Positions 1-8,897 of a DNA stretch of 35,228 nucleotides are shown piece after piece. A program made the translations under genes and the position numbers. Numbering within the stretch: position 1 is the first letter of the stretch; each line of letters starts with the position of its first letter. The notes under the pieces were generated by a model that did no database searches, was not told the DNA's origin, and was given only the letters and a program-made list of their open reading frames with translations. The stretch is from a bacterium (GTDB lineage: Bacteria; UBP15; UBA6099): assembly GCA_029573925.1 (NCBI GenBank), contig JAKQBV010000577.1, positions 1 to 35,228 on the forward strand, written 5' to 3'.

Positions 1-104
1 AACAGCGAGGGGCTGGTGTCTGTCCACAGCGAAGTGGCCGCCGCGTGCGCCGAAAACGCCGCCGCCGCCAGCAACGCCATAACTGCCGTCCGGGTTCTTT
101 TCAT
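1..104 (-). CDS. flgH: Flagellar L-ring protein FlgH, N-terminal fragment (runs off the window start)
   Basis: The reverse complement of 1-104 reads MKRTRTAVMALLAAAAFSAHAAATSLWTDTSPSL, a signal peptide followed by the SLW-type motif I recall at FlgH N-termini. GGAGG lies 8 nt upstream of the ATG (102-104). The fragment sits directly downstream of flgA. Confidence 0.6.
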   Translation of the reverse strand, partial: MKRTRTAVMALLAAAAFSAHAAATSLWTDTSPSL

Positions 105-124
105 GCTTGCCGCCTCCGTAAACT

Positions 125-1102
125 TCATTTTCCTATCGCTTCCACTGTCTGCGAGTCGATCACGACCGCGCTGATTATTTTTTTCGAGCTTTCATTTATT
201 ACCTTAATCGTTTCTCCCGCGTAGCCCTTCTCAACCGCTTTCCCCATAGAAGCCACCTCAAATCCGGCTCCCTTGTACACTATTTTTACTGTGGCTCCAG
301 AGCTAATGTCCGGAACGTCCGCCACCGCAGATCTGGTTATCTCGTCTCCCCGTCTCACTGCCCTGACAAGTTGTTTGCCGGCAAGTGACTGAAGGCTGTC
401 GTAGGATCCCGGCCGCATCTTCGTCAGGTCAGTCAGTTTGAACTCGACGTCATCAGCCGTGATCACGCGCCCTGCCGCCAAATCCTTTGACGCCACGGCG
501 ACTTCCGCCATCACTTCCAGATAGGAGGTCATTGTCATCACGCGCCTGACCTCCCCATCCAACAGGACTCTGGCCCTCAAAGCCTGCGCTCCGTGCCTCT
601 TCGGGGACCCGTCCATCTCGTATTCAATTTTCAAGTCGCCATAAGGAAGAACTATCTCTGAAGGCTCTCCCTTGACCGCTATCGTCAGGTTGTCCCTGCG
701 CCATTGCAGATTCTTTCTCAAATAATCCGCCGCGCCTTCCACAAGCTCTTTTCCTGCGACCACCACCGCTTTCCTCTTTATGGTTGCGGTCTCCGGCAGC
801 TTCAGTTCCACATCGCCCACCGCCACGCCGGCGTTGTACAGTTTTCCTTTTACCTGCGCGGCGTTGAAAGTCAGGGACTCTCCGGGTCTAGGCGACATTC
901 CGAACCTCAAGCCCCGGATTCGCCCGGCTTCCGCTTCCGGCATTCCGGCTACATCGGCGACATCTCCCACAAGAATCACCGAGCCGGTCACTTCGGCGTA
1001 AGCCTTGACCTCTATCGCGGGGCCGGATGCGCGAGCCTGCGGGGCGATTATCGCCGCCGCAACCATCAGAGCAACTATCGCAAGTCTAATTTTCACTCGC
1101 AT
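125..1102 (-). CDS. flgA: Flagellar basal-body P-ring formation chaperone FlgA
   Basis: 325-aa ORF with an N-terminal signal peptide (IVALMVAAAIIAPQARA). The C-terminus is SAF/FlgA-like (RRGDEITRSAV...GATVKIVYKGAGFEVASMGKAVEKGYAGETIKVINESSKKIISAVV). It lies between flgG and flgH. Confidence 0.75.
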   Translation of the reverse strand: MRVKIRLAIVALMVAAAIIAPQARASGPAIEVKAYAEVTGSVILVGDVADVAGMPEAEAGRIRGLRFGMSPRPGESLTFNAAQVKGKLYNAGVAVGDVELKLPETATIKRKAVVVAGKELVEGAADYLRKNLQWRRDNLTIAVKGEPSEIVLPYGDLKIEYEMDGSPKRHGAQALRARVLLDGEVRRVMTMTSYLEVMAEVAVASKDLAAGRVITADDVEFKLTDLTKMRPGSYDSLQSLAGKQLVRAVRRGDEITRSAVADVPDISSGATVKIVYKGAGFEVASMGKAVEKGYAGETIKVINESSKKIISAVVIDSQTVEAIGK

Positions 1103-1195
1103 CTCCGCCGGACGATGCCGAATAAGTTTTCGATTCCAGCGCCCCTTTCCCGGCGCGCCGCGCCACTTTCATCTATGCCGCGACGCCTTCAAATC

Positions 1196-1984
1196 TTACC
1201 GTTTCAGGTTGTTCGCCACGCCGAGCATGTCGTCCGACGTCTGGATGGCTTTCGAGTTCACCTCGTACGCCCTCTGAGCGACTATCAAGCTGACCATTTC
1301 CTCGACTATCTTCACGTTCGACTGTTCTAGGAAGTTCTGCCGCACCGAGCCGAACCCGTCCAGCAGCGGCTGGCCCTCTATCGGAGCTCCCGAAGCGGCC
1401 GTTTCCACGTGAAGGTTGTTGCCTATTCTGTTTAGCCCCGCAGGATTGACGAACCTCACTAGGGTTATTTGTCCTATTTCCTGAGGATCGACCTGACCGG
1501 GGATGTTCACCGTCACCGCGCCATCCTCGGTCACATTGAACCGAAGAGCGTCTTCGGGAACGGTGATGGGCGGCTCGACGAAGTAACCGTTGGCGGTCAC
1601 GAGCGAACCGTCCCTGTCGATTTTGAACGACCCGTCGCGGGAGTAGCCTATCTCGCCGTTAGGCATGCGTATCTGATAGAAGCCTTCTCCCTCGATAGCT
1701 AAGTCGAACATGTGTTCGGTCGATATCAGGTTGCCCTGAACGAACATTTTCTGTTCCGCGACCGGCCTGACTCCGAGGCCTATCTGCAACGGGACGGGGA
1801 TGGAAGCTCCCTGAGTGATAGGCGTGCCGGCCTCTCTCATCGTTTGATAAAACAGGTCTTGAAACTCGATTCTGGATTTTTTGAAACCTGTCGTGTTCAC
1901 GTTCGCCAAGTTGTGGGAAATGGCGTCCGTGTTCAACTGCTGAGCGAGCATCCCGGATGCCGCCGTGTACAATGAGCGCATCAT
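1196..1984 (-). CDS. flgG: Flagellar basal-body distal rod protein FlgG
   Basis: 262 aa. The N-terminus is the canonical rod signature MMRSLYTAASGMLAQQLNTDAISHNLANVNTTGFKK and the C-terminus is LEQSNVKIVEEMVSLIVAQRAYEVNSK. GGAGG ribosome-binding site (RBS) upstream. Confidence 0.95.
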   Translation of the reverse strand: MMRSLYTAASGMLAQQLNTDAISHNLANVNTTGFKKSRIEFQDLFYQTMREAGTPITQGASIPVPLQIGLGVRPVAEQKMFVQGNLISTEHMFDLAIEGEGFYQIRMPNGEIGYSRDGSFKIDRDGSLVTANGYFVEPPITVPEDALRFNVTEDGAVTVNIPGQVDPQEIGQITLVRFVNPAGLNRIGNNLHVETAASGAPIEGQPLLDGFGSVRQNFLEQSNVKIVEEMVSLIVAQRAYEVNSKAIQTSDDMLGVANNLKR

Positions 1985-2269
1985 AATAGATATTCCTCCA
2001 AGATTTTCGCCGCGGCGCGTGACGCGGCATTGAATTGTTTTTCATGGGATCGCCGATAGCGAGCGCAATCGTGAGGGCCGCGCCTGTCCGGCTCTTTTCC
2101 TTGCTGTGGAGCGGGCCGCGTCTGTCGGTCGGCGGCTCCTCATAGCCCCTGCGTGCAGTCCGGCTACTTTTCTCTCCCAGCGATCCCTTTCGCCTTTCTC
2201 TCTCCGTGCCCGGCGCTGTTCCCATCGGCCTCGCGCTTCCGGCCTAACGGGATTCCCGCCGTTTATTTC

Positions 2270-3061
2270 TTAAATCCTTCCGATTTCGCTTGCCGACTTG
2301 CCTAGCAGCGTGTCCTTCGTTACTACAACTTTCGAGTTCGCCTCGTACGTCCTCATGACTTCAATCATGCTTCTAAGCATTTCTATCGAGTTCACGTTGG
2401 ACTGTTCGAGTTTTCCCTGATGGACTCTGGCTTCCGACGCTATCCGGGGCTGTTCGTGCTCCTCCGGAACCATGAACATGTCATGCCCGACTTTTTTGAT
2501 CGTCTTGTAATCGTCCACGTCGACAATCTTCAGTTTGTCCAGATATTCGTCTCCTTTGGCTCCGACGAACACCGTTCCGGCATCATCGATCACAAAAGAT
2601 TTTCCGTCGAGATTTATCGGCCCGTTCTCTCCCATAACGCGATATCCGAGCTTGTTGACTAATTCTTTGTTGGCGTTGATCGTGAAATTCCCCGCCCTAG
2701 TCATTCTTTCGCCGAACGGCGTTTCAATAACGAAGAATCCCTGCCCTTCAAGCGCGAGGTCGAAACGGTCTTCCGTCGTCAGCAAAACTCCCTGCTGGAA
2801 ATCAGTGGCTATCTCGTCCACCACCGCCCCCATCGTGCTCAACCCTACCATCGGCCTCAAATCCATGTTCCCTTCCACGCCGGAAACCTTCAGATACATG
2901 TCGTTTATCCTGTGAACGAGCATCTGAGGAAACGATTTAATCGCGCTAACGTTGCCTTTGAAACCGGGGGTGTTCACATTGGCCAGATTGTTGGATATGT
3001 GATCGAGCCTAATTTCTTGTACGAGCATTCCCGTCGTGGCTGTGTATAGACCTCTTTCCAA
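2270..3061 (-). CDS. flgF: Flagellar basal-body rod protein, FlgF/FlgG family (proximal rod FlgF by position)
   Basis: 263 aa. N-terminus MERGLYTATTGMLVQEIRLDHISNNLANVNTPGFK and C-terminus LEQSNVNSIEMLRSMIEVMRTYEANSK. TTG start (revcomp of caa at 3059-3061) preceded by GGGAGGTG. Confidence 0.85.
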   Translation of the reverse strand: MERGLYTATTGMLVQEIRLDHISNNLANVNTPGFKGNVSAIKSFPQMLVHRINDMYLKVSGVEGNMDLRPMVGLSTMGAVVDEIATDFQQGVLLTTEDRFDLALEGQGFFVIETPFGERMTRAGNFTINANKELVNKLGYRVMGENGPINLDGKSFVIDDAGTVFVGAKGDEYLDKLKIVDVDDYKTIKKVGHDMFMVPEEHEQPRIASEARVHQGKLEQSNVNSIEMLRSMIEVMRTYEANSKVVVTKDTLLGKSASEIGRI

Positions 3062-3109
3062 TTCTTCACCTCCCTTCTTTATATTTCTCTTAATATACGA
3101 ATCCCAATT

Positions 3110-3138
3110 ATTCTATATGATTTTGAAAATTTAGGCAA
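3110..3138 (-). promoter_or_regulatory. Candidate sigma70-like promoter for flgF (TTGCCT-17 nt-TAGAAT)
   Basis: The minus strand reads TTGCCT (3133-3138), a 17-nt spacer, then TAGAAT (3110-3115), about 50 nt upstream of the flgF start. I could not find a sigma28 or sigma54 consensus here. Confidence 0.3.
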
Positions 3139-3740
3139 CTCAGGGTAAAAAAAAAGAAAGCCCCATCTCGAAGTTAAATTTGAGCTTCGTTAAAGGCTTA
3201 TTTAGTCAGCCAACTCTCCCGCGCGCTGTTTTTTCGCCGTTGTGACGCAAATCATGCGTCTTTCGCCATCTCTTTAATATGTTTCGGCGTTCGCTTCAAT
3301 CCTGATGCGACATGCCGAAACATGTCGGACCGAAAAAAGAATCCAGCGCGACGAACTCGCCGCGCATTCCGTAGCGTCGGCTGCGTTTATTGTTATCCGC
3401 CGGCAGAAGAGCATTGTCCGAATCTTGGCGCCGCCGTGATTGTTGAATATCTCCGAGCGGTTTTTAAGTCCGCCGCTCTGAATGTTTTTATTTCGTTTTG
3501 CGCCGCAATATACTACGAATAATTTCTGTCTCGCTCGACAGACAATTGCTATGTTTTTGTCGTGTCGCCATCGGTCGCGCCAATTCTTTTTAGCTTTATA
3601 ATCGGCGCGGCTATATTCTGTTTTGTTTGCGGCGTCAAACAAAATATTTTTTCGATACTAATGTCAATAAATAATAAATATCATGTTATGTTTTTATATG
3701 TTTTTGGAGCGTTTACAGTTGGCAAAAAGCTTGCTGGAAA

Positions 3741-6700
3741 TCAGGGGCGGGCGTTCATCAAACGCAACGCGCGCTTTCTGAGATGAAGCGCTTCAAGCGA
3801 GTCTGGAGCAATCTTAAGCGCGGCGTCCAGATGCCCGATGGCGGCGGAATAATCGCCCGACTTCATCAGCCAGTTTGCAAGTTTCACCAACGCTTCGAGG
3901 TTAGACGGCGTCGCGCGCACGATTTTTTCCAGATACTCCGTCGCAAGCCTGCCGTCTTTCATGTCTTCGGCCACATAAGCTATCGCCATATAGACAGGAG
4001 CCAGTCTCGGATCGCCTTCCCGCATTTCGCGCTCGATGGCCCTATATTGCTCGAGCGCCGCCTTCATATCGCCATTCAGATGGAGCACATCCCCTCTGAG
4101 TTTTTTAACCGCCAACGAATCAGGAGCTTTTTCGAGCAAAGCGTCAATTTCGGCAAGAGCGATGTCATACAGGTTCTGTTGGACGTATAAGCGAATGATG
4201 TTCGTTGTGATTTGGGCGTCATTGGGACTAATATTGCGGACGCGCGTGTAATAGCTGATAGCCATAAGCGGCTTGTTCATGCTTTTATAGAGAGACGCGA
4301 GGGCCAGCATGGCGGCTTCCATGCCGGGATCCGCCTTGAGCGCGTTAAGATACATCTTTTCCGCTCTTGCGGGGTCTTTCAGTTGAAAAGCGAAGAAATT
4401 GCCCATCGAGTGCCACGTTGCAGAACCGAAGTTCTCGGTTCCGACGCCGAAAACTGCCGGAATATCATCGTAATTCTCCATATACCTCTCCCCCATCACG
4501 TCGTACGGGGTCTTATGGAGGTCTATCGGAGCAACGAATTCAAGGAGCGGGCGGTCGTCGGTGTTTATCAGGCCGTAACCTGCGGTCATCTCCGCAAGTT
4601 GTTCGGCTCCCATCACGTACGTCGTTAACAGCAAAGAAAGAGTGTCGTGAATGCCGAAGCTATTCAGCCTGTTTTTTAGAGACTGAATCTGTGATAAACG
4701 CGCGTCTATCCTGAAAGCGTCGGTGTCTATAGGCTCAACCGAGCCGATGAGAATAATGTCCGCCAACCCGCTCCTGAACACGAGCGTGTTGGGAAAAACA
4801 TCCGTGTATGTTGCAAGAACCATCAGAAGAGACTCCTCTGAAAGCCCATAAGCCTGAATCCACTGGCAAGATAGACCGCCGGGTTTAAGCCGGCCGCGTA
4901 TTGCCGCGAACGACTCTCGGGTAAACAGTCCCGCCGCGCCGGACAGCCACGGATTGGACGGCTGGGATATTATTACGTCATAGCCGACCTTCTCCCTTAG
5001 AAGAAAGTTTCGAGCGTCTTCCAGAGCGAACTTATGTCTCGGATCCTCCCAATATGAGTTGTTCACGTCCTTGAAATATTTCGACGCCTCGATTACGGAA
5101 GGTTCGAGTTCGACGCTTCTGACGCGCTCCACCGGGAACTCCAGAGCCGCGCCGGCGGTGCTTCCGCTGCCGACTCCAATTATCAGGACATCTTTAGCGT
5201 CGCCCTTGAGCGCAAGCGGGATATAAGAAAGCATCGTCTGGGTGCGCAGATCAACCACGCTGGACGCGTCCGTCTTGCCGTTCACTCTCAGAAACATATT
5301 TCCTTCGCGCTGATGGACGGAAACGGTTGCGGCAAGCCCGTCGTGGTAATAGATAATGTCATCCGCCGTAGATTTCACAATTTCTATGTATTTGGCGACG
5401 GAAACGCCTGCCGCGCCCGCCGGGGATATATAAGGGCCCGCCGTCATCACGCCTGCGTTCCAGAACGGGCCGGTTGCGATTGCCGCGCATGCAGCGATAG
5501 GAATGACCGCTAAAGCTGCCCGCCTGAACATTCCCTTGGCCGGCCCCGCCGCAAGCGCCGCGACCGCGCCAGCGCATCCCAGCGCAAGCCCGAGCGCGAG
5601 CGTGTTCCTTGCCCCGATCGACGGAATCAGCCAGAACCCCGTCAACAGCGAGCCTAATATCGCGCCTGCCGTGTTAGCCATATATACCTTGCCTACGGCT
5701 CCCGGCGCGGCGGCATCGCTCTCCGAACTCATCTCAGCCGCTATCGGGAACGCCGCTCCCAGAAACACCGCCGGAAGCAACAGCAGAAAACAGCAGACCG
5801 CAAAACTCCCGGCGAACATCAGATAGTCGTAATCTTTCAGAATCGATATCAGAACCGGAACAGTTCCGGCGACGAATGGCAGCGCGGGAAGAACCACCGC
5901 CGCCGACACCGCCGAGGCGAAAAGGCAGAAAGCGAGCGCGCCGGGCCTGGCGGACTGCCGTCTCAGGTAATGCCTTCCTGCGGCAAATCCGCCGACCGCT
6001 ATTCCTATCAGGATCGTCAGAAGCGCAAGTGAAAATGAATATATTGATCCGCCGATAAGAAGCGCCGCCACTCTCATCCACGCTACTTCAAACAGCATGG
6101 AAGTGAACCCGGCAATAAACACCGCGCCCAGAAGACAGAGAGCCCGGCGGCCCCGCAACGGCTCCCGCAGCTGCTTTGCCCCTCCCGGCGCGGCGTCCTT
6201 GCCGTTTCCATCGGCTTGTTCGGCGGACGTCCTTAGCGAGATATAAACCAGAAGCAGCCCGACTCCGACGTTCGCGCAGGCTGCCGCCGCTATCGTCTTG
6301 AAAATCCCCAACGACGGCATGGCTAAAAATGTGGCGATAAAAACTCCCGCCACCGCCCCGGCTGTGTTCAGCCCGTACAGAAACGACACTGAGCTTCCCA
6401 CCTTGCCGCTGCGGGAAACGTAATATTTGGTCAGCAGCGGAAGAGAGGCCCCCATCAGAAAAGTCGGCGGCAGCAGAACAGACAACGACACCGCAAAGCG
6501 GACAAAAAACAGCGCGTAGCCGTATTCCTCCCCAGCCGGAGGAAAATACTGAGCAAGGGCCTTTATCAGGTGTGTAAGCGCAGGCATAGCCAAGGCGTAC
6601 ACGCCCACAATAATCTCGACAATGCCGTATATCCTTACGGGGTCTCCCCCGCGCTGTATCCTTCTTCCGAACCAGTACCCGCCCGCGCCAAGCCCCGCCA

Positions 6701-6887
6701 TGAAAGCCGCAACCACCGCGCTCACCGCGAACACCGTGTTCCCGAAAACAAGCGTGAACAGCCTCACCCACGCCAACTGATACGTCAGCGAAAAACAACC
6801 TGTTAAGAAAAAACACGCCAGAACAGCCGCTCCGGCGACTCCGATATTCTTCTTCATAAGGTTTCCCTGTTCATAATGCGGCGTCAT
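3741..6887 (-). CDS. Fusion protein: polytopic membrane domain, spermidine-synthase-like Rossmann domain and C-terminal TPR repeats
   Basis: 1048-aa ORF. The first ~480 aa are a run of hydrophobic helices. The middle has a class-I methyltransferase/aminopropyltransferase fold signature (DVLIIGVGSGSTAGAALEFPVERVRSVELEP...YDVIISQPSNPWLSGAAGLFTRESF). The last ~270 aa are TPR-like (YLNALKADPGMEAAMLALASLYKS..., ALKIAPDSLEALHLRKRAL). The true start may be the internal MKKNIGV at 6857. Confidence 0.85.
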   Translation of the reverse strand: MTPHYEQGNLMKKNIGVAGAAVLACFFLTGCFSLTYQLAWVRLFTLVFGNTVFAVSAVVAAFMAGLGAGGYWFGRRIQRGGDPVRIYGIVEIIVGVYALAMPALTHLIKALAQYFPPAGEEYGYALFFVRFAVSLSVLLPPTFLMGASLPLLTKYYVSRSGKVGSSVSFLYGLNTAGAVAGVFIATFLAMPSLGIFKTIAAAACANVGVGLLLVYISLRTSAEQADGNGKDAAPGGAKQLREPLRGRRALCLLGAVFIAGFTSMLFEVAWMRVAALLIGGSIYSFSLALLTILIGIAVGGFAAGRHYLRRQSARPGALAFCLFASAVSAAVVLPALPFVAGTVPVLISILKDYDYLMFAGSFAVCCFLLLLPAVFLGAAFPIAAEMSSESDAAAPGAVGKVYMANTAGAILGSLLTGFWLIPSIGARNTLALGLALGCAGAVAALAAGPAKGMFRRAALAVIPIAACAAIATGPFWNAGVMTAGPYISPAGAAGVSVAKYIEIVKSTADDIIYYHDGLAATVSVHQREGNMFLRVNGKTDASSVVDLRTQTMLSYIPLALKGDAKDVLIIGVGSGSTAGAALEFPVERVRSVELEPSVIEASKYFKDVNNSYWEDPRHKFALEDARNFLLREKVGYDVIISQPSNPWLSGAAGLFTRESFAAIRGRLKPGGLSCQWIQAYGLSEESLLMVLATYTDVFPNTLVFRSGLADIILIGSVEPIDTDAFRIDARLSQIQSLKNRLNSFGIHDTLSLLLTTYVMGAEQLAEMTAGYGLINTDDRPLLEFVAPIDLHKTPYDVMGERYMENYDDIPAVFGVGTENFGSATWHSMGNFFAFQLKDPARAEKMYLNALKADPGMEAAMLALASLYKSMNKPLMAISYYTRVRNISPNDAQITTNIIRLYVQQNLYDIALAEIDALLEKAPDSLAVKKLRGDVLHLNGDMKAALEQYRAIEREMREGDPRLAPVYMAIAYVAEDMKDGRLATEYLEKIVRATPSNLEALVKLANWLMKSGDYSAAIGHLDAALKIAPDSLEALHLRKRALRLMNARP

Positions 6888-6913
6888 TCCGCGTCCGCCC
6901 GGATGATTTTATG

Positions 6914-6942
6914 ATTCTATATCAATCAGTTTGAAAATCCAA
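6914..6942 (-). promoter_or_regulatory. Candidate sigma70-like promoter (TTGGAT-17 nt-TAGAAT) for the membrane/SpeE-like/TPR gene
   Basis: On the minus strand, TTGGAT is at 6937-6942 and TAGAAT at 6914-6919 with an exact 17-nt spacer. The site lies in the 130-nt gap after the lpxC stop. Confidence 0.35.
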
Positions 6943-7017
6943 TTTGGCTCAAAGCAACTCGCTGCCTAGCGCGCCGCTGATAAACCGAGGCATTTGTATG
7001 TCAATAGATGAAAAGCG

Positions 7018-7848
7018 TCATTGCGTCGAGCAGATGAGCCTTACAAGCTCGACGTTTAGAGCGTGGCCACTGCGTTCGCCCTTGAATATGCCTCTCAGCC
7101 GCCGTCCCGCAAGCGCTAAGTCCCCCGTCAGATCAAGCAGCTTGTGCCGCGCGAACTCGTTGTCGAACCTCAAAGGCGATGAATATGAGTCCGGATAAAC
7201 GACAACAGCGTTAAGTTCGGAGCCTCCTAGGGCGAGCCCGGCGGCCCTCAACGCCTCGACCTCCTCTGAAAGCCCGAAAGTGCGCGCCGGCGCAATCTCG
7301 CGCAGGTACTCATCAGCGCCACCCTCGAATCTTGCCGACTGGATCCCAATCATCGGATGCTCGTATTCCATTTCATATTCGACGACGAATCCGTCGAACG
7401 GCTCAGCTGTCACCCGGCTCCGCCCTTTCTCGACAGTCGTCTTCTTCGCAATCGTCAGATACTCTCTAGTCTCGTCAAGTTCCTTCAAACCCGCTCGGCG
7501 GATTCCGGCGGCGTAAGGCTCCGCCCCTCCGTCCAGCGCCGGAGGCTCATCGGCGGACATCTCGATTTCAGCGTTGTCGATCCCCATGCAATAAAGCGCG
7601 GACATCACATGCTCGATTGTGTGGAGCGATATGACGCCGTCGCTGACGACAGTATTCCGCGCCGCCTGAACTGCGGATTCCGCGCCAGCTCTGACTCGCC
7701 GGCCACGATGAGCGAAAACAACGCCTTTGCCGGCTCCCGACGGCAAAATTCTCAGCGAGCAGACGGCTCCCGTGTGCAACCCGACGCCGTCGAACTCTAT
7801 CGGCTCCGCTATGGTCGTCTGCCTCTGAGATTGCATTGTAAAGTTCAA
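7018..7848 (-). CDS. lpxC: UDP-3-O-acyl-N-acetylglucosamine deacetylase LpxC
   Basis: 276 aa with the hallmark segments [46 protein letters not shown] and SGHALN. The start overlaps the lpxD stop in an ATGA (7845-7848). Confidence 0.9.
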   Translation of the reverse strand: MNFTMQSQRQTTIAEPIEFDGVGLHTGAVCSLRILPSGAGKGVVFAHRGRRVRAGAESAVQAARNTVVSDGVISLHTIEHVMSALYCMGIDNAEIEMSADEPPALDGGAEPYAAGIRRAGLKELDETREYLTIAKKTTVEKGRSRVTAEPFDGFVVEYEMEYEHPMIGIQSARFEGGADEYLREIAPARTFGLSEEVEALRAAGLALGGSELNAVVVYPDSYSSPLRFDNEFARHKLLDLTGDLALAGRRLRGIFKGERSGHALNVELVRLICSTQ

Positions 7849-8897
7849 TCCTTTTCGTTCCGTTTTTCGACGCCGAGCAACATCTCTTCCACTTTTTTTA
7901 TCAGTTCCGGAAGTTTCTCGGCGGCCGCGATCATTTTAATGTTTTCCCTGTGCGGGCGGGCAGGGAATCCGGAATAAAATTTGCCGTCAGGCACATCAGA
8001 AATGACGCCCGCCTTCCCGCCGATGATAGCCCCGGAGCCTATATTGACGTGGTCCGACACTCCGGCCTGCCCGCCCATTACGGTGTCAGCGCCTACATTG
8101 ACGCTTCCTGACAATCCCGATGAGCCGCAGATAATGCAACGGGCGCCAATTATCGTGTTGTGTCCGACTTGCACGAGATTGTCAATCTTCGCGCCGCGGC
8201 CCACTCTCGTCTCTCCAAGCGTCGCGCGGTCTACCGCCGAGTTCGCTCCGATTTCCACATCGTCCTCTATTACCACGCGGCCCGCCTGCGGAACTTTATA
8301 ATGGCTGCCGTTCTCGTCCCTAACATAGCCGAAACCGTCCGCCCCTATGACCACCCCGCTGTGCAGCGTCACGTTGTTTCCAAGCTCGCATCCGTCCAGC
8401 ACTACTACGTTCGGATGCAATAGGCAGCCTTCGCCGACTCTCGCGCCGAGGCCCAGAAAAACATTCGCTCTGAGAACCGAGCCTGCGCCGACATCGGCTC
8501 CCGACTCGACGCAGCAGTTCGGTCCGATCGCGCTTGTCGGATGCACATTCGCGCCGGGCGAAACCACCGCGGAAGGATGGATTCCCGGCTCGTGTTTCCT
8601 GTATGGGTTAAACAGCTCGACTGCCTTTGCGAAAGCCAGCTTAGAGTTCTTCGCTCTTATGACCGTCCGCCCCTCCAACTCCACGTCCAGAGGACATATC
8701 ACGGCCGCTGGGTCTTTGCCGTTCAGCAATTCGACATCCCGCCGCCGCTCAAGCCACACCACGCTGCCTTCCGCTGCGACGTCCAGCGAGCTTACCCCGC
8801 AGGCCTCTCGCCCGGCGTCCCCTTCGACGTCGCCCCCTACTATCTTCGCGACTTCACTTATTCTCATTTTCATCGTTTGTCTTTTCCTCGCTTTCAA
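7845..8897 (-). CDS. lpxD: UDP-3-O-acylglucosamine N-acyltransferase LpxD
   Basis: 350 aa. The N-terminus is LpxD-like ([16 protein letters not shown]), followed by a long run of left-handed beta-helix hexapeptide repeats ([35 protein letters not shown]...). The real start is probably the internal MKMRISEV or MRISEV (8873 or 8867). Confidence 0.9.
   Translation of the reverse strand: MKARKRQTMKMRISEVAKIVGGDVEGDAGREACGVSSLDVAAEGSVVWLERRRDVELLNGKDPAAVICPLDVELEGRTVIRAKNSKLAFAKAVELFNPYRKHEPGIHPSAVVSPGANVHPTSAIGPNCCVESGADVGAGSVLRANVFLGLGARVGEGCLLHPNVVVLDGCELGNNVTLHSGVVIGADGFGYVRDENGSHYKVPQAGRVVIEDDVEIGANSAVDRATLGETRVGRGAKIDNLVQVGHNTIIGARCIICGSSGLSGSVNVGADTVMGGQAGVSDHVNIGSGAIIGGKAGVISDVPDGKFYSGFPARPHRENIKMIAAAEKLPELIKKVEEMLLGVEKRNEKD

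Noticed and set aside
3062-3300. Search for sigma28 (TAAA-N15-GCCGATAA) or sigma54 (TGGCAC-N5-TTGC) promoters upstream of flgF
   Set aside because: Only partial look-alikes with wrong spacing, such as TTGGCTGACTAAATAAGC. GCCGATAG at about 2051-2058 is on the wrong strand. No call made.
3274-3642. The 122-aa (-) and 66-aa (+) ORFs inside the AT-rich spacer
   Set aside because: Cys/Arg/Asn-rich implausible proteins with no RBS. The two overlap each other on opposite strands. I treat the region as non-coding.
3562-3786. A 74-aa plus-strand ORF with two hydrophobic segments (possible small membrane protein)
   Set aside because: It needs a GTG start without an RBS. It overlaps the 3' end of the convergent 1048-aa gene by 46 nt. 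Hydrophobicity is expected by chance from T-rich DNA. It cannot be supported from sequence alone.
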